Of a stretch of DNA of 64,000 bases, positions 18,304 to 53,200 are shown piece after piece. This stretch comes from Macrostomum lignano. Lineage: Eukaryota. The stretch's first letter is position 1; the number at the start of each line of letters is the position of its first letter. The stretch spans positions 99,136 through 163,135 of the forward strand of contig NIVC01001478.1 in assembly GCA_002269645.1 (NCBI GenBank). The letters run 5' to 3'. The position numbers were made by a program, and so were the translations under genes. The notes under the pieces are model-generated. The model was not told the DNA's origin. It saw nothing but the letters and a program-made list of their open reading frames with translations, and did not search any database.

Positions 18304-19287
18304 TCACTCGAACTCCAGCTCCAGCCCGGTGCCGGCCATCTCAGCCTGGTAGATCCGGTCGAACTGTTCGCTCTGGCTGACGGTGAAGAACCGCTTCCAG
18401 TCTCCCACCTTGCCGCTGCGCATGAAGCTGAACGAGTCCAGCATGCCCGGCACCCCGCTGTAGTTGGTCGCCGGGTTTTCCTTCATCGCGTCGAAGCTCA
18501 GCGCATTGGCCAGCCGTTTGACGTCGTCCTGACCGACTTCAACGCCCAGAAATTCGGCCACCCGGGGAATTTCTAGGGCCGGCCGGCGCACCAGGTCCTC
18601 GAACTTGACCAGCAGCAAGTCCGGCCGGTCGCGCTGCGCCCACCAGGCCTTGGCCACGCGGAACCAGTCCCCGGCCACGATCCAGCCGTCCATCCACATG
18701 TCGAAGAAGCTGGAGAAATCCCACGGCCAGGGCCCGTAGTCCACGACGCCCTTGTAGAAGTGATAATATGACACCAGGACGTCCTTGGGATTGCGCAGGA
18801 CGTAGATTGTCTTGAAGCCGGGGCCCGGGGCTGCCTCGATGCGCGGCCCGATGATGTGGTAGGGCAGGTGCGTCTTGATGATGCGCGGCCGCGGCATCTC
18901 GGGCAGGTACTGCATGGGGTAGCAGCCCTCGGGGTGGCCGGGAAACTGCGAAGTCCAATTCTCCTCGAGGAACGGGACTCGTTCGAACACGCGGCTGGCC
19001 TTGGCGCCGGCGAAGTCCAGGTTGTGACGCAGCAGCCAGGCGAGCTCCTGCATCAGCGTGGTGCCGCTCTTCGGGAATGTCGCGATGAGCAGGTCGTCGG
19101 GCAGGAATTCGAACTCCTGCTCGACCAGCTCGATGTTGCGTCGTGTGGTCCAGTGCACGAAGAGGACGTCTTTGTAGACGAACTCGTTCATCATCTTCGG
19201 ATACTTCGGATTGAGCTGGCTCATCTCCACGGGAGCCGCCTTGGTGTCCACGGCGTCTGTCTTGGAGTCCTCGGTTGTCTTCTGCAT
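18304..19287 (-). CDS. Cytosolic PAPS-dependent sulfotransferase (SULT1-like fold), ~327 aa, single coding exon
   Basis: 5'-PSB ATFPKSGTT, catalytic KTHLP, 3'-PB YVLRNPKDVLVSYYHF and C-terminal FMRSGKVGDWK. The first ATG is at 19287 (the track start at 19350 is a TTG). A pyrimidine tract ending in CAG upstream suggests a 5'UTR intron. Confidence 0.93.
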   Translation of the reverse strand: MQKTTEDSKTDAVDTKAAPVEMSQLNPKYPKMMNEFVYKDVLFVHWTTRRNIELVEQEFEFLPDDLLIATFPKSGTTLMQELAWLLRHNLDFAGAKASRVFERVPFLEENWTSQFPGHPEGCYPMQYLPEMPRPRIIKTHLPYHIIGPRIEAAPGPGFKTIYVLRNPKDVLVSYYHFYKGVVDYGPWPWDFSSFFDMWMDGWIVAGDWFRVAKAWWAQRDRPDLLLVKFEDLVRRPALEIPRVAEFLGVEVGQDDVKRLANALSFDAMKENPATNYSGVPGMLDSFSFMRSGKVGDWKRFFTVSQSEQFDRIYQAEMAGTGLELEFE

Positions 19288-20369
19288 CTCTTCAGTCTGC
19301 TGCTTGATGGACAATTGGCGAAAGAAACGGTTAAACGAAAAGTTACTCAACTTTATCTGATCTCATTGTTTTGAAGGGCTACTTTTCGTGAGAAAGCACT
19401 GAGTGCAATTACCCAGCCACATGAGATTTTTTTGATAAAAATTAAGCCCAGATATTTTCGACAGGCTAGAGCTCTGAGGCTTCTCATGCCACTCCAGTTA
19501 CAACTGAACTGCAGAAGTCACAGCTTAATTCAGTCCTGTCCAAGCCCTGTGGTACTCAAGCCAAGCTCAGTGCGCTCATAAATGAAAAAAATTTGAGTTG
19601 TAACGCATTCTGCACAGCTAGCTAGTTGTGACTAGTGTTGCTCCTCGTGAATGAAGTCGATTCACGTTAGTGAGCCAGCCATGGAATTCCTCACGGCAGA
19701 TCTGGAGTGAGAAACTACCGCCTGAGTCTACATGTAGATTTCTTTTTAGCGTAGAGTCGCATAGTGTACTAAAGAGAATCAGCACGACAGTTTCCACTCC
19801 AGATACCATGTCTAGAAAACCATGGTTAATTTATAGTTATTCAGAACTCAAGATCGGCATCGATTCCCTAAACTCTAGGCCCAATGCACAGCAGTTCCTT
19901 GTTCAGCATGAAAGGTACAGAACGCCATGGTTTTTACGGCAATATCAAATCCAGTTTCAGGGACACTCGATACTCCATAGTTTCCAATCCAGATCATAGG
20001 TCTAAATTCCATGGCCCATGGGCTGGCGCACAAACAGCTGCTCAAGGCTCCGCAACAAGCCCCGCTCGGCAGGGGAAACTTATGGGAGGGGGTGGTAGGG
20101 GGCTGGGGTTGGCGCACCTCCAGCGTGGCAAGTCAGCCTCGTGTTGCACGGAGTTCAACTCTCAACTTAGTGCCTGTTTTTTCCTCCCATTCCTTCCCGC
20201 AATAAACTTGACTCAACTGTGCGAATCTCGATTCGCCTTCGTCAAATTTTTGCGCACGCGCTGGGAGGGGAGGAGGGATTGGCGAAGCTCCGTCTGCCTT
20301 TGGGGTCATAAAACTACTCGTAAGCACGTGTGGTCTGGCTGCTCAACCAGAACCTCAGATCAAATCGGA

Positions 20370-20795
20370 GACCAGAGACTAGAGACCGGAGAACAGAGAC
20401 CGGAGACCAGAGACAAGAGACCAGAGATCAGAGATCAGAGACCAGAGACCAGAGATCAGAGACCAGAGACCAGAGACCAGAGATCAGAGACCAGAGACCA
20501 AAGACCAGAGACCAGAGACCAGAGACCAGAGACCAGAGATCAGAGATCAGAGACCAGAGACCAGAGATCAGAGACCAGAGACCAGAGACCAGAGATCAGA
20601 GACCAGAGACCAAAGACCAGAGACCAGAGACCAGAGACCAGAGACCAGAGATCAGAGATCAGAGACCAGAGACCAGAGATCAGAGACCAGAGACCAGAGA
20701 TCAGAGACCAGAGACCAGAGACCAGAGAACAGAGACCAGAGACCAGAGACCAGAGACCGGAGACCAGAGACCAGAGACCAGAGACCAGAGACCGA
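20370..20795. repeat. 7-bp repeat (GAGACCA)n with GAGATCA variants
   Basis: Direct reading. Confidence 0.96.
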
Positions 20796-21257
20796 AGACT
20801 CAAGCATCAAGAAGAAGTGCGTCTCATAGGAGAACATGTCTTATTCTAGGTAAATACTATTTTTTGTTTTACAAAATCGCCTTGCATTTTGATTGACTAC
20901 GTTCCTTCTTTTAGATGAATTCTAGAGAAGGAATGATATTTAATCCAAAAACTTACCCTCAAGAAACGAATTGAAAGTACAGAAATCTTCGTCGTGTTTT
21001 ATCGCTCGTTTCTTAAGCTCCTTCTGGTCGATAGAATTATCTGGATTTATACCGTACTCGCTAAGTGTGAGTCGTGACTGGCTATTCAGGTTGGGTCGGA
21101 TGTGCCGTCAAACCAGTGTGCGTCAAGATGAATGGGAGATTTGACTCTGGTCTGCGCGGGATCTGCGTTCAGGAAATGCCCCGTCTTGAGCGCTGGGGTT
21201 TCCAGTTTGTGCTTCGCGGACACGGGCTAGAAGTACAGTAAGGAGTTCAGTAGCCAC

Positions 21258-21395
21258 CACAGAATGGGATAGATTCAGATGAGTTTACAACAGAATGGGA
21301 TAGATTCAGATGAGTTTACAACAGAATGGGATAGATTCAGGTGAGTTCACAGAATGGGATAGATTCAGGTGAACTCACTGACACAGAATGGGTTA
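21258..21395. repeat. Short ~29-bp tandem repeat (ACAGAATGGGATAGATTCAGATGAGTTTA), ~4-5 copies
   Basis: Direct reading. Confidence 0.85.
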
Positions 21396-22004
21396 GATTG
21401 CTTGAGCTTTTCATTCCAATCAGATGTGAGGGTGCAATTACATATTAGTTGCCCAGCTGCAAGGGTCAGGGTTCTTGGCCTTTTGTCAAACACCGTGCTC
21501 AAGCAGGGTATTCGTCACTACTCACAGTGACGCTATAACAAGCTCAGTTGTGGTAAACAGGGAGAGCGTACGACTTACTTCACTGATTTAAGCGAGACCA
21601 TTTGTGAGTTTCGTGATCCTAATAGAGTTCTTTAAAACCGGAGTCAGCCAGAGCATGACCACCTGCTGATTTCTTAGCGACTGTTGGCGACTTGGCTTGG
21701 CAAACTGGAAAATTGCGGCTCAACCCCTTTGGGGAGTCATTGATCTTCGCCCCTCCACCCACACTCTCGCTCTGCTTCTACTCGGCAAGGCTGAATGCTG
21801 CAGACCAAGCAACCTCCATTATGGGGGGGGAGACTCTGGTAACAGAGGGATAGGGTTGAGAAGACAGCTTAAAATGAGACGTTGAACTCTATACTGTAGA
21901 AGAGCAACGTAGGGACAGCCGATCGGAGGTCTCCCAGTCTTGGCAGCTGACTCTGCTGATCGACCGTGAGGTGAAAAATACTGCTTTAGGATTGACTGAA
22001 CAGC

Positions 22005-24653
22005 ATGGCACTGACGGCGGAAGAGGAAAGCCATCCTGTGTAAGAGTGGGAGTGTCTAACGTAACTTTGAGCACGAAAACCTACGTCTGGGTTGGTCCTG
22101 GCATTCCCTTGACCAGCCACCGGTTTACTGACTGGTTTGGTCCTGCCATTCCCTTGACCAGCCACCGGTTTACTGACTGGTTTGGTCCTGGCATTCCCTT
22201 GACCAGCCACCGGTTTACTGACTGGTTTGGTCCTGCCATTCCCTTGACCAGCCACCGGTTTACTGACTGGTTTGGTCCTGCCATTCCCTTGACCAGCCAC
22301 CGGTTTACTGACTGGTTTGGTCCTGTCATTCCCTTGACCAGCCACCGGTTTACTGACTGGTTTGGTCCTGCCTTTCCTTTGACCAGCCACCGGTTTACTG
22401 ACTGGTTTGGTCCTGTCATTCCCTTGACCAGCCACCGGTTTACTGACTGGTTTGGTCCTGGCATTCCCTTGACCAGCCACTGGTTTACTGACTGGTTTGG
22501 TCCTGCCATTCCCTTGACCAGCCACCGGTTTACTGACTGGTTTGGTCCTGCCTTTCCTTTGACCAGCCACCGTTTACTGACTGGTTTGGTCCTGGCATTC
22601 CCTTGACCAGCCACTGGTTTACTGACTGGTTTGGTCCTGCCATTCCTTGACCAGCCACCGGTTTACTGACTGGTTTGGTCCTGCCTTTCCTTTGACCAGC
22701 CACCGGTTTACTGACTGGTTTGGTCCTGTCATTCCCTTGACCAGTCACCGGTTTACTGACTGGTTTGGTCCTGGCATTCCCTTGACCAGCCACTGGTTTA
22801 CTGACTGGTTTGGTCCTGCCATTCCCTTGACCAGCCACCGGTTTACTGACTGGTTTGGTCCTGCCTTTCCTTTGACCAGCCACCGTTTACTGACTGGTTT
22901 GGTCCTGGCATTCCCTTGACCAGCCACTGGTTTACTGACTGGTTTGGTCCTGCCATTCCCTTGACCAGCCACCGGTTTACTGACTGGTTTGGTCCTGCCT
23001 TTCCTTTGACCAGCCACCGGTTTACTGACTGGTTTGGTCCTGTCATTCCCTTGACCAGTCACCGGTTTACTGACTGGTTTGGTCCTGGCATTCCCTTGAC
23101 CAGCCACCGGTTTACTGACTGGTTTGGTCCTGCCTTTCCTTTGACCAGCCACCGGTTTACTGACTGGTTTGGTCCTGCCATTCCCTTGACCAGCAAATTG
23201 TCACCAAGCTGGTTGGTTCTGCAGAAAGCCCCAACCCCCCCCCCGCAATTGAAGCCCAGCCCAGCAGCACAGGCGAAGGGAGCTCTGGGCCTGGCTGATC
23301 CTGGGCTGCGCAGCCACCAACGTCATCTTCCTCGGCGGCAAGCGACGCGCATTCGGCGTCTTTGTTGCCCAACTGCACGCCGAGTTCAACGGGACGATCT
23401 CCCTCGCCGAGCTCAACTGGATTGGCGACTCCTACGCCGCCGTAGGCTACATGACCACAACGCTGAGCACCTCCGTTATCCTGAGCAGTGGCCGGCGCTT
23501 CCAGTTCTTCCAGATGCTGGGCACCCTGGCCATCCTGCTCGCCTGCATCACTAGTGCGTTCGTGCCGAACCCGCACTGGCTGTTCCTGACGCACACCGTC
23601 TTCCACGGCGTCGGCAGCTCGCTGATCCTCAGCACAGTCGGCCTGGTAGTCAACGAGCACTTCGACAAGCAGCATCCGTACCACATCCTTGCTACGACTC
23701 TCGTGTCTGGCGGTTCAATCGCCTCCATCCTGTTCGTGCAGCTGTACGCTTACTTGATCGAACTGTACACCTGGCGAAACGCCTTCATCATTCTTGGCGT
23801 CATTTACTTTTTCGTCAACATTTCTGGCAGCATTTTCTTCACTAAACGCGAAGAACTGCCGCCCTATTCCAGCAACAAGCAGTGCTTCGGCGCCTTCTGG
23901 GAGGTGGAACGCTCCAAGGTGCCCTACCTGCTGTTGTGGTTCCTCGACCGCGTCATGACCAGCATCGTGACGTACGGCATGTTGCTGAACCTGGCCGACT
24001 ACGTGCGCAGGCGGGAGTCGTCGCTGACTAAAAGCTCGCACCTGACTTTGCTATTCGCTTCCGGAGAGGCTTCGACCTACGCCATCGCAGCCGTGCTGGC
24101 CATCGCTACGAAAGACTTTCTCAAAGGCCGGCTAAAGTACATCCTCAGCGTCACTACCTTCATCATGGCCTGCAGCCTTGTCTACTGGGAGGTGGTGGCT
24201 TCTAACAAGACTCTGAGCTACATCCTGGCCTACATCTCCGGCTTCTGCATGGGACCCAGCATTACATTTTTGTTCCCGGCTGGCGAGGAGATGACCACCT
24301 TGCCCGGACACCTGGCCTACCCGTTCAGCCTGGCCGGCATGGGGGTCGGCATGGCGCTGTCGCCCTCGGTCACTGCCATGATCGCCGAGCGCTACGAATA
24401 TCGATACTTCTTCGTCATCCAGGGCTTCCTGATATTCATCAAGTTCCTGGCACTACTGCTCATCATCATCATGCTCAAGGCGGCCAGTCGCAGGGACCGT
24501 TACGAGCTGCTCAAGCAACTCGACGTGGAGACCGCGACCCAGCAGCAGCAGCAGCTGGAGCACGATCCCGAGGCCTACTCGGAGCTGGAGCGTGGCGACA
24601 TCGCCGTTGGACGCCGGACTGCAGCGACCATCGTGAATAGCAAAATCAACTAA
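22005..24653 (+). CDS. SLC16/MCT-like major facilitator transporter, ~471 aa; exons 22005-22039 and 23273-24653
   Basis: Exon 1 MALTAEEESHP+GT|GTAAGA (phase 2) joins acceptor CACAG|G CGA AGG in phase, giving V-RRELWAWLILGC...RRAFGVFVAQL...LNWIGDS. This resembles the SLC16 TM1-TM2 signature. About 12 hydrophobic segments. The track ORF at 23451 is N-terminally truncated. Confidence 0.85.
22088..23193. repeat. 45-bp minisatellite (TGGTTTGGTCCTGCCATTCCCTTGACCAGCCACCGGTTTACTGAC)n filling MCT intron 1
   Basis: Direct reading, ~24 copies. Confidence 0.97.
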
Positions 24654-24659
24654 ACTGAT

Positions 24660-25032
24660 CGGGATGGAGTGAGGTGAACGGCAGCACTCAAAGTACAGGG
24701 ATGGAGTGAGGTGGGTGGCAGCACTCAAAGTACAGGGATGGAATGAGGTGGGTGGCAGCACTCAAAGTACAGGGATGGAGTGAGGTGGGTGGCAGCACTC
24801 AAAGTACAGGGGTGGAGTGAGGTGGGTGGTAGCACTCAAAGTACAGGGATGGAGTGAGGTGGGTGGCAGCACTCAAAGTACAGGGATGGAATGAGGTGGA
24901 CGGCAGCACTCAAAGTACAGGGATGAAGTGAGGTGGGTGGTAGCACTCAAAGTACAGGGATGGAGTGAGGTGGGTGGCAGCACTCAAAGTACAGGGATGG
25001 AGTGAGGTGGGTGGCAGCACTCAAAGTACAGG
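24660..25032. repeat. 37-bp minisatellite (GGGATGGAGTGAGGTGGGTGGCAGCACTCAAAGTACA)n, starting a few nt after the MCT stop codon
   Basis: Direct reading, ~10 copies. Confidence 0.96.
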
Positions 25033-26412
25033 ATTGCTTCAGTTCACCCAGCTGTAAAATGGGTGCCAGCATTAGCTGGGGTAATTGAGGGTGTGTGTGG
25101 CGACCCCCCAGTCTTGGACTGAACAGCCGTGCCGTACGCAACCTTCAGATGCGCCGCGCAATAGCTGCGGCTGAGCTGTCGGTTGCACATCTGCCCATTA
25201 CGGCAGGTGCAATCAATTCTTATTATTACTTCTGCTTGCTCGGATTTGTCTTTACTAGAGAAATCATCCCTGCCCAGAAGTTCAAGCATGTTTTCTATTT
25301 AGCGTATAAAAAACTTCAATTTTAATTTGTTATTCAGCATTTTAACTAAGCTGTTCATAAACTCTCCAATATTTTATGAAGACGTTTCAGTCCTAAACGT
25401 AATTTCAGAACGAGTTGGAAAGATTTAGAAAGGAAACTGAGGCCTTTGATGCTCCATCTGATTTCACCCCCCCCCCCAATTTCGAGTGCTTTTGAATTGC
25501 TTTTCTTCCAAATTTGGTGCAAGTCTGACTTATTTTGCTTCCTCCGTGCGAATTTAGAATTTTAAAATTACGTGAACTCGTTTCTGGCATTTTAATTAAT
25601 CGTACGCTCTAATAAACATGCAATATAATGTTGAATATAAATATTTGCAAACACAAACGTATTTAAAGCAGGCAAGCGAGACCGTAAAAAACACGGGCAA
25701 AAATGAGACGCATTCTTTAAAAAGCTTTCAAAAAGAGTTACTTTTTCTTCGAAATAAAACATCGCTTTCATTCATCTGTTGAACAAATACACACAAACAC
25801 TACTGCCCACTAGCCTAGTAGTAGTTGAGTGCAAGCATGACAATTATAAATTTACAAAAAACGTGAGAAAATATAAGAGCATTTTAATAAAGCGTCTACA
25901 AAAAGCAAATGTGAAGTAAATAAGCAATCAAGCTTGCGTACCTGCAGCAGGTGTGCGAGAACTGTGTTTCACTAGCTGTGCTAAGAATAAGCACTACACA
26001 CATTCGAACACTGCTTTACACAAGCAAAATATTAAACAGAAATCAAAATAGTGAGAACAGTTAAACAGACATTTATTTCACGAATAGCCTTGAAGCGACG
26101 CAAAGCATTGAATTTTAAAATCACAAATTTGTACTTTTAGCAAAAAAGCACACTGCAGCTACAACTGGACACTGGAGACGGCTACGGATAAGCAGCAAAA
26201 AAGCAACAAAAACATTTCTGCAACTGGGGCGGAGGTGCGCCTTTCTTTACAAGGATCAACAAGACGTGTTGAAACGGAGCAACAGGGTGCGGGCGGCTAT
26301 GACTCTCTAATCATGAATTATTAATCGAGACATGACTCAAAATATATTGATATAATAAGATAGAAAAGTGTGTTTCAAACTGCATGCATCGAATTTAAAA
26401 GCTTGTTCAACA

Positions 26413-48814
<22,402 letters not shown>

Positions 48815-49519
48815 GCTGCACTGTTTCTGGTCTGCTTTCGGACGGAGGACGAGCGAAGCCGGCCGGCCAGCTGGAGTCCGGGGCTTTTATTAGTGAGGCC
48901 AGGAGGATGCGCCGGCGAGATGCAGGCTCTGGAAGCTGGCCGTGCGGCAGTTGGTTGGCCGTCTCAGCTGCCGGTTGGCCAATGGCCGGCTGCCTGCCGA
49001 CTCAAACACGGCACGAGGCGGCCACCGGTGCCTCCCCCACCGAGCCGGCTGGTAGGGGGGGGGGTGTTCTTCTCCGATCGGCCATCCCAACCGCAGCAGC
49101 CCCGGGGCGGCGAATCCCATCAAGGCCTGGCAGAAATCCCGCGCACAAACACACACCAAGCCCGTGCGCCGTTGAGTGGGCGGGCGCTAGGCCTGTTTGA
49201 ATTTGGGATGAAGCGGGCAGGTGTTTCCACCGCGGGGAGGCTGGAAGGCGATACATAATGAAATATGATGAAGAGATTCTCCGAGGCGGCAAATTCTGTG
49301 GGAGCTCGGTTTGTTGAAAGCCTCAGTTTACGCTGTGCAGTGAGCTCTCCGGCATATGAAAAATTACCACCCTTCCCTGTCGGGTTTGGTGGCGAAGCCT
49401 CTGAAGCGTGAACTGGTGCGGGTCGCCGTAAGTCAGGTTGCGCCGGTGGGTGGGCAAGATGGGCACGATGGGAGCGCTGAAGGTTTCGAAATAATGCATC
49501 GTAAGTCATGGATCGATAG

Positions 49520-49770
49520 AGAATGGTTGCCGATGGTCATGGCTGCCGATGGTCATAGGTAGCGATGGTCATGGGGGCCAATGGTCATAGGTAGCGATGG
49601 TCATGGGGGCCAATGGTCATAGGCAGCGATGGTCATGGTTGCCGATGGTCATAGGTAGCGATGGTCATGGTTGCCGATGGTCATAGGTAGCGATGGTCAT
49701 GGTTGCCGATGGTCATAGGTAGCGATGGTCATGGCTGCCGAGAGTCATGGGTGCCGATGGTCATGGAGCC
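49520..49770. repeat. 32-bp (2x16) repeat (GATGGTCATAGGTAGCGATGGTCATGGTTGCC)n
   Basis: Direct reading. Confidence 0.9.
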
Positions 49771-50384
49771 AAGTGAAATGAGCACAGTTGATTATAATCG
49801 CCAAAACACAGCCAAAGCCAGAACTCTTCATTTATGTACCTTAGGTAGTATATAGTAAAAATTGATTTTGCTAAGGTTTCTAAATGGCTAATTTTGATGG
49901 GCACATGTTAAAATCCAGCCTCCCAAACCAAACTTCATCTCTATTCCCCGTCCGTCATGGATTCTCCACCACTTCACTTTCTCCACCTTTCAAGCAGCTC
50001 TCCCTGGCGGAAGCCAGCCTGTTGGTGCAGTCTGTGAACGAGTTTGTTTAGCGCTATTGATAAGCGGACCAAAAAGATCTGCTGGTGGCAAAATTCGCTT
50101 TCAACCAAAAAATCTCCATCTAAAGAGCCGGAGCAGCCAGTTCCCGTTGCGCTCTGAAAAGCCCCTCGCCCTCAGAATCTCTGGCCGCCACTCGCTCCCA
50201 ACTCCCCGCTCGAACTGCAGGAGAACTGAAGCCGCACAACAAAGCGGCGTAGCAGGAAACCAATGCCCCGCACACGGCCTCTCTCCAAACCGAGTCTGCG
50301 CCTGTGTCAATCATTCGAAGCCTTCCAAACTCGGGTTCCTAGACTTATTGAGACCAAGGACTCCTTACTGTTATAGCGCTTGGA

Positions 50385-53200
50385 GTGGAAGCCACCAGGT
50401 AAAATCTAGATGACAATCGACCGACCTCCAGCCACCAGGTAAAATCTAGATGACAATCGACCTCCAGCGGGCAGGTAAATCTAGATGACAATCGACCTCC
50501 AGCCGGCAGGTAAAATCTAGATGACAATCGACCTCCAGCCGGCAGGTAAAATCTAGGTGACAATCGACCGACCTCCAGCCACCAGGTAAAATCTAGGTGA
50601 CAATCGACCGACCTCCAGTCACCTGGTAAAATCTAGATGACAATCGACCTCAAGCCGGCAGGTAAAATCTAGATGACAATCGACCTCAAGCCGGCAGGTA
50701 AAATCTAGATGACAATCGATCTCAAGCGGGCAGGTAAAATCTAGATGACAATCGACCTCCAGCGGGCAGGTAAAATCTAGATGACAATCGACCTCCAGCC
50801 ACCAGGTAAAATCTAGGTGACAATCGACCGACCTCCAGCCGGCAGGTAAAATCTAGATGACAATCGACCTCAAGCCGGCAGGTAAAATCTAGATGACAAT
50901 CAACCTCAAGCCACCAGGTAAAATCTAGATGACAATCGACCTCAAGCGGGCAGGTAAAATCTAGATGACAATCGACCTCCAGCCGGCAGGTAAAATCTAG
51001 ATGATAATCGACCTCAAGCCGGCAGGTAAAATCTAGATGACAATCGACCTCAAGCCGGCAGGTAAAATCTAAATAACAATCGACCTCAAGCGGGCAGGTA
51101 AAATCTAGATGACAATCGACCTCAAGCGGGCAGGTAAAATCTAGATGACAATCGACCTCCAGCTGGCAGGTAAAATCTAGATGACAATCGACCTCAAGCC
51201 ACCAGGTAAAATCTAGGTGACAATCGACCGACCTCCAGCCGGCAGGTAAAATTTACATGACAATCGACCTCCAGCGGGCAGGTAAAATCTAGATGACAAT
51301 CGACCTCCAGCCACCAGGTAAAATCTAGTTGACAATCGACCGACCTCCAGCCACCAGGTAAAATCTAGGTGACAATCGACCGACCTCCAGCCGGCAGGTA
51401 AAATCTAGATGACAATCGACCTCCAGCCGGCAGGTAAAATCTAGATGACAATCGACCTCCAGCGGGCAGGTAAAATCTAGATGACAATCGACCTCAAGCC
51501 GGCAGGTAAAATCTAGATGACAATCGACCTCCAGCTGGCAGGTAAAATCTAGATGACAATCGACCTCAAGCGGGCAGGTAAAATCTAGATGACAATCGAC
51601 CTCAAGCCGGCAGGTAAAATCTAGATGACAATCGACCTCAAGCCACCAGGTAAAATCTAGATGACAATCGACTCCAGCCGGCAGGTAAAATCTAGATGAC
51701 AATCGACCGACCTCCAGCGGGCAGGTAAAATCTAGATGACAATCGACCTCCAGCCACCAGGTAAAATCTAGATGACAATCGACCTCCAGCCGGCAGGTAA
51801 AATCTAGATGACAATCGACCTCAAGCGGGCAGGTAAAATCTAGATGACAATCGACCTCCAGCCGGCAGGTAAAATCTAGGTGACAATCGACCGACCTCCA
51901 GCCACCAGGTAAAATCTAGGTGACAATCGACCGACCTCCAGTCACCTGGTAAAATCTAGATGACAATCGACCTCCAGCCGGCAGGTAAAATCTAGATGAC
52001 AATCGACCTCAAGCGGGCAGGTAAAATCTAGATGACAATCGACCTCAAGCGGGCAGGTAAAATCTAGATGACAATCGACCTCAAGCCGGCAGGTAAAATC
52101 TAGATGACAATCGACCGACCTCCAGCCGGCAGGTAAAATCTAGATGACAATCGACCTCCAGCCGGCAGGTAAAATCTAGATGACAATCGACCTCAAGCGG
52201 GCAGGTAAAATCTAGATGACAATCGACCTCAAGCCGGCAGGTAAAATCTAGATGACAATCGACCTCAAGCCGGCAGGTAAAATCTAGATGACAATCGACC
52301 GACCTCCAGCCACCAGGTAAAATCTAGATGACAATCGACCTTAAGCCGGCAGGTAAAATCTAGATGACAATCGACCTCCAGCTGGCAGGTAAAATCTAGA
52401 TGACAATCGACCGACCTCAAGCGGGTAGGTAAAATCTAGATGACAATCGACCTCAAGCGGGCAGGTAAAATCTAGATGACAATCGACCTCAAGCGGGCAG
52501 GTAAAATCTAGATGACAATCGACCTCAAGCGGGCAGGTAAAATCTAGATGACAATCGACCGACCTCAAGCGGGTAGGTAAAATCTAGATGACAATCGACC
52601 TCAAGCGGGCAGGTAAAATCTAGATGACAATCGACCTCAAGCGGGCAGGTAAAATCTAGATGACAATCGACCTCAAGCGGGCAGGTAAAATCTAGATGAC
52701 AATCGACCGACCTCAAGCGGGTAGGTAAAATCTAGATGACAATCGACCTCAAGCGGGCAGGTAAAATCTAGATGACAATCGACCGACCTCAAGCGGGTAG
52801 GTAAAATCTAGATGACAATCGACCTCAAGCGGGCAGGTAAAATCTAGATGACAATCGACCTCAAGCGGGTAGGTAAAATCTAGATGACAATCGACCGACC
52901 TCAAGCGGGTAGGTAAAATCTAGATGACAATCGACCTCAAGCGGGTAGGTAAAATCTAGATGACAATCGACCTCAAGCGGGTAGGTAAAATCTAGATGAC
53001 AATCGACCTCCAGCCGGCAGGTAAAATCTAGATGACAATCAACCTCAAGCCACCAGGTAAAATCTAGATGACAATCGACCTCCAGCCGGCAGGTAAAATC
53101 TAGATGACAATCGACCTCAAGCGGGCAGGTAAAATCTAGATGACAATCGACCTCAAGCCGGCAGGTAAAATCTAGATGACAATCGACCTCCAGCCGGCGA
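50385..53200. repeat. 36/40-bp minisatellite (CAGGTAAAATCTAGATGACAATCGACCTCCAGCCGG)n, ~2.8 kb
   Basis: Direct reading; 40-bp variants carry an extra CGAC. Confidence 0.98.

Noticed and set aside
19884-20849. 321-aa ORF
   Set aside because: The C-terminal half is the 7-bp repeat, and the N-terminal half has no motif or coding-like codon bias.
20960-21240. Exon-like segment on the minus strand with a good acceptor and a GTAAGT donor
   Set aside because: All three frames contain stops. It may be a 5'UTR exon of the sulfotransferase, but this cannot be supported from sequence alone.
50385-53200. 36-bp repeats resembling a CRISPR array in length
   Set aside because: The units are contiguous with no unique spacers, there are no cas genes, and the context is eukaryotic.
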